Source: Torpedo marmorata
Lineage: Eukaryota
Direction of reading: 5' to 3'
Assembly: GCA_977017645.1 (NCBI GenBank)
Contig: OZ360222.1
Span: 206,956,001-207,020,000, forward strand
DNA: 64,000 nt
Of this stretch, positions 37,801 to 48,280 are shown one piece after another. The notes beneath the pieces are model-generated. The model was not told where the DNA came from and ran no database searches. It saw nothing but the letters and a program-made list of their open reading frames with translations. Within the stretch, counting starts at the first letter, position 1. Each line of letters starts with the position of its first letter. The position numbers and the translations under genes were made by a program.

Positions 37801-38699
37801 AGTCACTGAAACACAGAGAATGCTTGCTTTCTGATCCCTAAATTAAAAAGAATGAGATTTTAAATTTTAATCTTTCACTGACCTTGCAGATTGCATGTAG
37901 CTTTTGGCAGCAAAGTTGAGAAATCTTATTAAATTTACCCTTCATGAACCTTCAGAAAAAAATATGATTAATGGTTCCATTTTTTAAAAAGGAGAAGCTT
38001 AAAAAATCCCATCAGCTCCAGTAGTCACACTGACTTGCTCAGTCATGGAAAAAGTGTAGCACCAGTTGTGCTTTTTTTAAAAGAAGAAAATGCTCAGTCT
38101 GTCAACTTGAATGATCAAAAATGTTTGATAAACAGACTGAGTTAATTTGAGTTGGAAATAAGGCAAAAAACTTTCAGCTTGCCTGGATGAATTGTGCACT
38201 TAAAGCTAGTCTTCTTTCATTTGGTTTTATTAATTTAGCACTGTCTCAGAACTGCTGTCCTTTTCTGTAACATGAATGAGTTTTCTGCATATTTTTTGCA
38301 TTACAAAATCACATTTACAATCCTCAGTCTCATAAATCCACCCAATATTCCATCAATGTTTTTGAAATGCTTAATACCTGTATGGAGACAAAGCACTTTG
38401 ATTCATTCGTTGAGAACAGATCACTCTATGCATATTGATTAATTCTGAGTTTCTTCTTTTAATTGTTGAACATGGTTTGTGGCAGGCTCCAGTGAAATAT
38501 CCCATATTGGATGTAGTTTATCACTGAGCATTAAAATAAAAGCATTTCCTGCATTTATAAAGACTCATGGGTGCGCAGTCCATCTTTATTAGCTGTTTGG
38601 AAATGTGATGGCTACTGCTGTGTAACCAAGTATAATAATCATTTGATATACATCAAGATTTCACAAACAGGCTTAACTAGAATTTTCAGATGGTCAGTT

Positions 38700-38940
38700 C
38701 AAGTGTGATGGTTGGGAGAAGAGTATTGATTAGGGTTAAGAGTTAGCTCCATACTGCTCTTCAAATTATCATCGAATATTTAAAGTTATCCAAGACTAAC
38801 AGAGGAGGCAGATGGTACTTTTAATACTTTAGTTGAAGGATGGCTCCACTCTCATTGTTCTACTCCCCCAGTACTCCAGGGTTGCCAGCTTTAATAGTTT
38901 CAAGTCCTATCATAGGATTTAAAGCAACAACTTCCTGACT
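38700..38940 (-). mobile_element. Old Deu-domain SINE (SacSINE1/AmnSINE-like) remnant
   Basis: gaaggatggctccactctcattgttctactcccccagtact...caagtcctatcataggatttaaagcaacaacttcctgact; weaker copies near 12690-12770 and 47880-48000. Confidence 0.4.
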
Positions 38941-39519
38941 TTAATATGTTAAATACAAATATTGCATGATCTTTGTTTCATGAAACTTTTTTCTGTACAA
39001 CACTGGATTGTTATAAACAGTTGCATCATTATGTGAGGCTTGTTTGTTCCTTGATGTCATCTCGTGCAAAAAGCAGAAAAATCTTGCAGTTCGAAAGCCA
39101 AAATATTTTTGTGGTTTTGCATGGTTTGTATTTCACATTTTAGATTACTTCAGTACAGCTGTTGTAGAGTTGGATACTTGCTGTCAGTTCAAGTTGGCTG
39201 CTTGCGAAGAGTTGGACAGAATTTTTCTTTCTCTTTTGTTTGTGAGACTTGAAAGTCATCCCAATTGAGTTGCCTTTGAGCTTCTATCTATGTCTCATTT
39301 GGCCTGAAATTGTAAAGTCTTGGTGGTATATTACTGACCTGGCCCTATCTGTTTACTTGTGTCACAGAGAATATTCACCAGTTTCCCACTCTGTTCTGTA
39401 TCAGATAATCCAATAAATAAATAGGCTTTAAAATAAGTTTGAAGGAACTTGATGTCCAACAAAGTGTGAACCTGCCATGATGGGACAAAGATAATTTGAC
39501 TAACATGGTTCACTGCTTG

Positions 39520-39700
39520 CTTTAAAGAGGTATGGAGGTGATACATTGCTTGCCCGTGAAAGGTTTGCATTGGAAAAGCTGGAGCGAAGAAGGATGAAAG
39601 GAGATTTGATGGTGGTGCACATGAAGGGTTTGGATGGCTGAAATAGAGGGAAGTTGTTCCCAGTAACAGATGATTCAAAGGCCAGGAGAAACAGAATTAA
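39520..39700 (+). mobile_element. Degenerate CR1 3' fragment (resumes at about 40450-40640)
   Basis: ggagcgaagaaggatgaaaggagatttgatggtggtgcacatgaagggtttggat...gaagttgttccc. Confidence 0.6.
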
Positions 39701-39704
39701 AGAG

Positions 39705-40445
39705 GAGATACAGGAGATGGTGGATTTTGGAGTGAAAACAGACTGCTGGAGAAACTCAGTGGGGTCAGGCAGCATCTGTGAAGGCAGAGGAATCGTCGAC
39801 ATTTCAGGTCAGCACCTTGCATCAGCATGAAGGAAAGAGAGCCAATATAAAGAGGCAAGGAGGACGGGTGAAGCAGGAGTTTGCAGGTGATAGGTGGAAC
39901 CAGGTGAAGGCAGGTGGAATTCCAATGTCAGGTAACCCACCCACACTGTGTTCCTTTCTCTCTCCTTCTGATCTTCCTCGACACCTGGGTTCTCTCACAC
40001 TTTTCTTTCTGACCCTCTTCCCCTGTACCCAGTTCCTTTTCCCTCCCCCAACTGTTTCCATCTGCCCATCACCCACACGTTTAACCCACTGGGTCTCCCA
40101 TCCCCTCCTGCAACTGAATCAATCAGACCTCCGTATCTGGTCCCACTTATTATCTTTTTTATTTTTCAGTTTCCAGAAACTGCAGCCCTTTGTTGGCATC
40201 ACATCACCTCTGCCTCTATCTCCCCTCTGCTCACCTGGCTCCATTTGCCCATCATCTCACTCCTCACCTGGTCCCACTTATCACCTGCCAGCTCCTGTCT
40301 CACTCCTCCCCCTCACCTCTTTACACTGACCATCTCCCCCTTGCACTCTCCGTCCAGATGCAAGGTCTCGACCCAAAATGTCAACTATCCCTCTGCCTCC
40401 ACAGATTCTGCTTGATCTTTTAAGTTTGTCCAGCAGTTTATTTTT
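39705..40445. mobile_element. Palindromic (tail-out) Penelope-like derivative inserted in CR1
   Basis: Left arm ctgctggagaaactcagt...aggcagcatctgtgaaggcagagg...gtcgacatttc...gcaggtgataggtggaaccaggtga is the reverse complement of the right arm tcacctggtcccacttatcacctgcc...atccctctgcctccacagattctgc...tccagcag. Confidence 0.75.
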
Positions 40446-41685
40446 TTGACACAAAATTAAAGGTTTGGATAGAAAAAATAAGATGCTGGAAAAAAATCTT
40501 TTTTCAGGCAGAAAATAATTAATAACTGGAATTCATTGATGGTAAGAACAGAATCAATCAGGGCCTTCATAAGACAATTGGTTAGGCACTTGAGAGAGAA
40601 TAATTTGTAAGTTTTGGGGAAGAGCGATGGAATGGGTCTGATGGAGGAGTGGGGTGTGCATGAGGAAGAGGATGTTTGCTTCTCCTAGGCCCTAAAATTA
40701 AGATTAATTACCGTAGCTATTTGAACAGCACAAACATGTGCACACTAATCCCCTGGTGTAAACTGCCCATTGCATCTCCTCTGTTCCCTCCACTTCTCCA
40801 CCAACATGAAAGGCTGGCGCCACCTTTGGACGAGATTCTACTCTACTTGGAACCATCATGGATTTGATAGGCCAAATGGCCTCCTGCTGTGCTGTTATGA
40901 TTCCATGATTCCCTTTCTGTTGTTCCATGAAAGGAGTTATTTGGCACAGGGCAAATTACACCCTTAATTTGGCTGATTGCAAGCAAGATCAACAGATGCA
41001 AAGCTGACAGTCAGCCCTCTGGGCAGGGGTGTGCTCTGGAACACTGATGTATCTTTAAAAAAAAGATTTACCGGTACTTCCTGTAAAATCAAAAAAGAAA
41101 CCACGAACATAGAAGTGAAAGATTTAGGCTGGCATGCACTTCAATCTGTTCACCAGGTCTAATAAAAAAAGCACGTGCAGTTGGTATAGGTAATGCAGAA
41201 CAGAAACAGAGTATAAGAAATCAAAGCAGGAGCAGGTTTTACTGTCTCTTTAAGTCTGCACAATCATTATGATAATGACTGATCATGCGCCTCAAATCTA
41301 ATGTGCTCTGCGAATCCCAAATTTCGACAAAGGAAAAGAAACATTAGCTGTTACCTATTTTATGTTCCATGAAAGATTTATAAGTAGAAGTAGCATCATT
41401 GTTCATGGATTGTAGGGTGAAGAAAGGGTTGTGTGTTAAGCTTGTGGATGCTCCTCGGATAGTTTAAATTGCATAGTGAGGAAAGAAGTTACATATGTGC
41501 TTCTGCAGATAACATTTAGTGTCTATTCAACGAGTTTTATTTCTGCTCATCACACATATTCCAGGGATACAGTGAAGTAGCACTGTTGGTGCAGAGCTCA
41601 CTGCATGGGGATGACTCGTTTTTTATATCATTAGAATTCTCCTAACACCCTAAGTGCTTGTAGCTTTTGAACATAATCATGTTTG

Positions 41686-43600
41686 ACCCTGATTGTTCGA
41701 TTCCAGCTATTTTATCACTCCTTCATCAGTTTGGTCAATTTTCTGGATATAAATTAAATCTCAAAAAAGTGAGTTGTTTGTCTTAAACTCCTCTTGCTCT
41801 CGAGATTTTGCCATTCCTTTTAAAATTGTTAAAAATCAATTTAATTATTTAGGTGTTACTATTACTAAAAATTTCAACAATCTGTTTAAGGAAAACTTTC
41901 TTACTTTAATGAACCATGTTAAGAAATCCCTCGTTCAGTGGTCTCCTCTTTCAATGTCCCTGATTGGACGTATTAATGTTATTAAGATGAATATCCTGCC
42001 TAAGTTCATATATTTTTCAAGCTGTACCTGTCTGTTCCCAAAACGTTTTTTGATTCGCTCGATTCTATTATCTCTTCCTTTATCTGGAAAAATAAATGCC
42101 CCCGTCTTAATAAAACTTTCCTTCAAAATCCTAAAAAGAAAGGGGGATTGGTGTTGCCTAATTTTATATTATATTATTGGGCAGCTAATAATAGATATAT
42201 TAATTTTTGGATTCATCATAAGGACAGACAGGATGTTGCTAGTTGGATCAATTTGGAAATTGATTCTACCAAGAAGTATTCCCTCATTTCGATAGTTGGA
42301 GCACCATTACCCTTTTCTGCTTCTAAATTAACTGATAACGTTGTTGTTAAACATACGTTGAGGATTTGGTTTCAATTTAGAAAACATTTTGGATGCCATA
42401 GATTTTTATTAATCAGTCCCCTTTTACCTAATTCCTTCTTTTTTTTTACCTTCGGTATAAGATTTTGGTTTTTGCCGATGGTCAGAGTTTGGTATCCAAT
42501 CTTTTCAAGATCTCTTTATTGACCAAAATCTGGCCTCTTTTGAACAATTATCTTCTAAATTTAAAATAACTAAACATTTTTTTTAGATATTTACAGATTA
42601 GGAGATTTTTAAAAATTCCTTGGTATTAAAACTCCCTCAAGATTTGGAATTAAAGATGATAGAGAAGATTTATAATCTTAAACCGAATGCTAAAAAGTTG
42701 TTATCAGTTTTTTATGAGTTATTATTGATGTCTAGTGGTAATTCCCTAGACAAGACTAAAAAACTATGGGAGCAAGATTTTCAACAAGAATTTTCTGATG
42801 CTACATGGGATTCTATCTTGAAATTGGTTAATTAATCTTCTCTATGCACCCGACATTCATTATTGCAATTTAAAGTAGTACATCGAGCTTACTTCTCCAA
42901 AGTTCAATTGGCTAAATTTTATTCTAATTTCTCGTCAAAATGTGATAGATGTAAGACTGAAGAAGGTACATTATTTCATATGTTTTGGTCATGTTCCTCG
43001 CTTTCCAATTATCGGGAAAGTATTTTCCGTACCTAGTTCTTAATAGTAATTTGGCTTCTAACCCTTTTCTAGCCCTATTTGGAATAAGTAAGTCAGCTGA
43101 TTTAAATTTATCTAGGCTACAATCCCACGTAGTTGCCTTTGTTCTCCTTATTGCCAGAAGAGCTATACTCATGAGATGGAAGGATGCTGTCCCTCCTACA
43201 CATACTGAATGGTTATCTGATGTGATGGCATGCTTGACTCTGGAAAAAATCAGATGCTCTACTAATGAAATGAACCTTAATTTTCTAAACTTATGGGGTT
43301 CTTTCCTTAATTATTATCAGAATTTATAAGATTATTGAATCCCATTTTATGGTTTGGTTGCTTTTTCTTTCATACATTAGTGGAACATATATGTTTAATA
43401 ATAACTTCACAAGGGAGGGGTTAGATTATTAGAGTAGTTTTTTTTCATTTTTTTTTGTCTCTTTCATAGGGTGTTTACAGCCATTTGTTAATATATATTT
43501 ACTTTGTTGGATATATATTCTTGTTGTTACCTATGTATGAGCAGTGTGTATATATATATATATATATATATAAAACTTAATAATAAAAATATTGGAAAGA
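41686..43600 (+). mobile_element. 5'-truncated L1-clade LINE (late RT plus C-terminus, frameshifted)
   Basis: FGQFSGYKLN, FNYLGVTIT, LSMSLIGRINVIKMNILPKF, LPNFILYYWA, HMFWSC, LTLEKIR; 17-bp TSD gaacataatcatgtttg at 41669-41685 and 43601-43617. Confidence 0.93.
43549..43572. repeat. (TA)n microsatellite in the L1 3' UTR
   Basis: Direct reading. Confidence 0.9.
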
Positions 43601-44534
43601 GAACATAATCATGTTTGGCACAGAACATCATCTGTGATAATCATTCCCTATACTCTGTACAGCTCTAATTCTGAAATAAGTGAGGACAAAGGGCAGAATA
43701 CATCCTGTCACTTTTCATTACGTGTTAACAGAAAGGAATTAAGCCCTGTTGTCTTTGCGAAGTGCCAATACAGGCCCGATGTGCCATCCCATCTTAAATA
43801 ATGATCTGTTTCTTGAAAAAAGAAAATAAGAGGCTGAGAACAGACATTGTAAACTGCTTGAAGATCTAGGTGATGGAAGTTGTAGGAGTGGCGTGGCACT
43901 GGATTTAATCCTTATTCATAAGCCATGGCACTGTACAGTTCAAAGCCAAATTTTATTTTATAAATGTGAATTTTTAAAAATTTTTGTTTCCTCATTTTAT
44001 CTCTTTCCATTTGTTTAAAATTGAGTTCTTTTTCATGTCACCTGAACAAAGTCTTCAATTGAGTCATGTCACAAACCGGAGATGATGTGGGTTTGGCTAA
44101 TGTTCTCCCAATTATATCATGAGACTCCATTTAATCGAGACAGCGAAGATTTATTCTCTTACAAAGGAAGCCTCACCCGTTTTCTTGTTCAATTGCTTTT
44201 TGCACCATGAGACACTAATGTAGTGATCTGGGTTTTGCTGAAGCAAGCGGTTTTAGTTGGAACCTTTCTCTCACCTTTGACCTCGGGGAATGACAGAACA
44301 ATCAGATGCAAGAACAGAGAAGGAACAGAGGATGGAGAGAGAAGAAACTGGGTTGGATTGGAGTCACTCAGCTACAGAAAGAGAAATAGAGAGCAAAAGA
44401 AAGATTGAGTTAAGGGTGAAAGAATAGATAGGAGAGATGAAAAATAAAAGTTGAAATAAAAAAAAATTTAACAACAATTTTGGCAGCTGTGGTAATATCA
44501 TTGGCAACACTGGCACCATCATTCAAAAGTAGAG

Positions 44535-44795
44535 GAATTGCAAACTAACTATAGGGTGTAGATTTAAGATGAGAGGGGAAGGATTTAAAAGGGTGCTGAG
44601 GGGCACCTTCTTCACACAAAGGGTAGTGGATAGATGGAACAAGCTGCCAGAGGAAGTAGTAGAAGTGAGGACAATTGTTATGTTCAAAAGATATTTGGAC
44701 AGAAACATGGAGAGGAAAGGTTTTGAGGGATGTTGGCTGATTGCAGGCAAATTGAACTAGCTTGGTCGTCATGCGATAGAACTCTATGACTCCAT
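44535..44795 (+). mobile_element. CR1 3' fragment
   Basis: ORF 44569 RGTFFTQRVVDRWNKLPEEVV...FKRYLD; tail actctatgactccatg. Confidence 0.85.
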
Positions 44796-45099
44796 GGTAA
44801 ACAATTTACCGTATTTGATGGAATATAGGACCCACTGGTATATAGGACCCCCCCCCATTTTTAGCGTGAGATTTCAGGAAAAAATTGTTTTAGTGTATTT
44901 ACCTTCACAGCAGCAACACGTCCTCCTGCTCACCGCACGCCGAGGCTCAGGCTGCTTCCCCCCCACTATCCAAACACTAATTGATTGACAGGTGTGCCGA
45001 GACCTGTGGGCGTGCGAGGGTGGGAGGGAGAGAAGCCAGGAAAATGGGCAGGGCCCAGGCCCACTGTCGCGGGGAGCAGACAATCACTCACTTGCTTTG

Positions 45100-45343
45100 C
45101 TTTGAGGGGAGCACTGGGCCTCGGTGATCAGGCTCAATGCTGAGCCTTTGTTCGACGCGCACAGCCCCCCGAACAGATTGAATAAGGTGCGGGGGCGGGT
45201 GGCAGTGAGCGAGCGGCCTGTCAAGCTCAGCTCAACAGGCCGCTCGCTCACTGCCACCCGCCCCCGCGCCTCATTCAATTTGCTCGTGGGTCTGTGTTCG
45301 TCGAACAAAGCCTGATCATCGAGGCCCAGCACTCCCCTCAAAG
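45100..45343. repeat. About 240-bp imperfect hairpin with a perfect 33-bp core
   Basis: 45189-45221 is the exact reverse complement of 45235-45267 (13-nt loop); the outer arms pair out to ctttgagggga / tcccctcaaag. Confidence 0.9.
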
Positions 45344-45349
45344 TACTGT

Positions 45350-45680
45350 TGGTGAGAGCGAACGAGCGAGCGAGGGCGGGGAGAGCGAGTGGGCGAGGGC
45401 GAGCGAGTGAGATGGCGAGGGCAGATAGTGAGTGGGCGAGGGCAGAGAGCGAGCGGGCGAGGGCGGGGAGCGGGCGGGCGGGGAGAGCGAATGGGCGGGG
45501 AGAAAGTGGGCGAGAGCGAGCGGGCGAGGGCGAGGCGAGCGAGTGGGAGAGAGCGGGCGGACGGAGAGAGCGAGCGGGCGGGCGGGCGGTGAGAGCGGGC
45601 GGGCAGGGAGAAAGCGGGCGAGAGCGAGCAAGCGAGCGGGCGGGCTAGGAGAGCGAACGGGAGGGAGAGAGCGAGCCTTC
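45350..45680. repeat. Purine-rich (GAGC/GGGC)n low-complexity tract
   Basis: Direct reading. Confidence 0.9.
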
Positions 45681-48005
45681 TTACCGGGGGAAGTGAGCGG
45701 TGGCGGCGGCGACTCCGGAAAGCATGGGCCACTCAAGGGAAGGTGGTCCGCGAAGCTGCGGGCCCGCTTCCTGGACTCCACTCGGTGCCCAAAATGGCGG
45801 CACCAAAATGTCACCTTCGCGTATAAGACCCGGGGTCGTTTTTGAGGCGATTTTTTGGGGAAAAAAGGGGGGGTCTTATATGCCGTCAAATACGGTACTC
45901 CCTGCTGGAATGAGTATTGACAGTTGCAATTGTTCCCTTCAGAGTTGGAGAAGCTGAGTATAATTTGCATAAAATAGATTATAAATCTCATTGTTAAACA
46001 GATACTCGGTAAATGCCAGCCCTATGATTATGTAACAATTTAAGTAGGCAAATAATGTCCAAATGTTGCAATAACTTGAATACCTCTTTTGAGGGTTGTT
46101 TTTAATAATATTGATATGCATCATCTGGCAACTTTGTTTTTGTGATCTTTGTGATTCACGTAGCATTTGTTCCTCATCATACATTGATACATTAATAACG
46201 GGGAGCACTATTAAACTCATTTGTATATTTTCACATATATCATCTGCATATCGGAATGGTTTTCAATTAAACTTTTGTACTCATCCTGCTGAAAGATATT
46301 ACCTTGAGGTCTCTGAAATCCTCAGCCTTGTGTTCTCAGCAAGACTGGAAGAGGATGTTGCCATCAGCCAGGTTGTTTACCTGATCTGCTCTTCAGTCAG
46401 CATCAACCACGGAAACCTGACAGTGGACGTTTCATCATGTGGATTCCTCAAGACAAGTGAACTGCCATTTCTGCCAAGAAGGCTGGAGTGCACGTCGATT
46501 CATCCTTGTGAGGGTTGCCTTGATTCAGAGGTGCCTCCTTCAGCAAAGTCCAAGTGATGAGAAAAACCAGAAAGCAGCGGAGAAGGGACAAGGGTGAGGA
46601 AGTTACAGAGGAGGAACATAAGCAGATGGTTGTCTGAGGAGTGCAGCCATCTAGTTGTGATGGTGGATAAAATGTCAGTGCAAATAAAAAGTAGTTGCAA
46701 GTCAAACACCATAACTGCTGAGCTCAGCTGTCCTGAGGTTTAACCTGGACCACTGATTTCCAAGGCTTCATGCTACAGAGTTTAGAGGAGGGCGGAGGAT
46801 GTAATGTAAAGGTACCTTTTCTCCACTTGTCTTTCATTCTGGGGTGGCATTGATATCGCATTCATTTACATTCGTTTCCAGTCTGAAACCATCTCAAATT
46901 TTGTCATTTCGATTTCAAAACTTTCCCAATATCCTTAAACTCATAATGTCTTATCATATCTGTTTTCTGACTCCTTGTGCATTGCCTGATTTATTTATTT
47001 CACAGTTCATATTCATTTGCAAAGCTCTTGACCTTCCTTAACCTCCCTATCATCCTGTACTTCAACAAGTCCCTCCTTAAACAACACCCTTTTCGACCAA
47101 GCTTTTGATATCTGTCATTATTACCTCTTGTCTATAATGCTCCTGTGATGTTTTATTTTGCTGCTGTTGTTATATGAGCAGAGGGTTTTGCAGTAGATAG
47201 ATTTTGGAATTGCAGCTGAAAACTCACCCTCATTTTGATGTAAAAACACAAAGAAACAAGTAACCCGATGGTGTTGACCCAATACTGTTTCCTGTCAGCA
47301 ATGCAGGAAAGAGACAATCGTGGGTGACTCAAAATCTTGTCCCAGCCTTGTGCAACGTGTCTTGTGGAACTGCATGTTTATATTACATGACATGAATGGA
47401 GTACACATCTTATGTGTTATCAAGCAATATTTCCAATCTCGGAAACAACTAAATGTTTGTTAATTTTCTACAGTCCAATCTGATAATCTCCTGTAAAGTT
47501 CTACCTATCCAATGTTATCTATGACTCTCTTAAAGGCATAAAAGTGATAATTCATTCTTGACATGAAAAATTCATTGAATGTGGCAGTGAAGATCCATCT
47601 TTACATAAAAGCCCTGGTGGCCATGCATCAGGAGGAGCTCAGACCTTAGTATCTAATTAAACATCACAAGCGGAAGATTAGGATGATTCATGTCTGACAT
47701 TTATCACGGTGTAGTATTTTTGGTGCTGTATGTTTAGAGGATCACTGATAGGTCAGTATCTAATTTACACTTCAGTATTTGTACAGCTTAGCTAATGTGT
47801 TATCAGTTAAACTCCAGTGATTTTTTTTTAACGTATATTGTCCAATTTTGAATTCCAGGAAATGGTTGTGCTGGAATTTAAAATCCCATGGGCTAAAGTT
47901 TTATCCAAAGAGTGACATCCCCATAAATGCAGCAATCCCTCACTGTTTACTGTCAAGATTGGGTCATTAAGCCATGGAATAAGTTTAAACTTACTACACT
48001 CCTAT

Positions 48006-48256
48006 TGTAATATTACAAAGTTATTCTTTCATTGTTAATGAGTTTGCATTCTCCTCAGATCACCTGACCTCTCTTCCTCCAATCAGCTTCTAGCTGCTGC
48101 CCCGCCCCTTTCTTTTAAACTCTAACGGCTGCCATTAGAATTTGGAATGTGTTGTATGAGCTAAGTAGGTTTTATTTCTCATTTTCAACTGTAACTATAC
48201 AATTAAGTTGAGTAAAGCTTGGAAAACAGTCACCAAGTCTTTTCATTCTCATAACA
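48006..48256 (+). repeat. 5' LTR (251 bp)
   Basis: tgtaatattac...ctcataaca; CCAAT, GC box and tttaaa motifs; differs from the 3' LTR by about 8 substitutions and a 21-bp indel. Confidence 0.95.
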
Positions 48257-48257
48257 A

Positions 48258-48275
48258 TTTACTCAACTTAATTGT
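48258..48275 (+). promoter_or_regulatory. Self-complementary primer-binding site (no tRNA TGG PBS)
   Basis: tttactcaacttaattgt is the exact reverse complement of LTR 48199-48216 acaattaagttgagtaaa. Confidence 0.8.
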
Positions 48276-48280
48276 CAAGC

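Larger units (their letters stand above)
44809..45895. mobile_element. Tc2/pogo-type non-autonomous DNA transposon with GC-rich interior
   Basis: TIR ccgtatttgatggaatataggacc / ggtcttatatgccgtcaaatacgg, TA flanks, internal repeat of the tataggacc/tataagacc motif. Confidence 0.85.

Noticed and set aside
45189-45267. Endogenous AAV/parvovirus ITR
   Set aside because: Only a short GAGC-based string matches; there is no T-shaped ITR and no rep/cap remnant nearby
45316-45991. Long Arg/Ala/Ser/Pro-rich ORFs on both strands
   Set aside because: They arise from the low-complexity GAGC/GGGC tract inside a non-autonomous transposon
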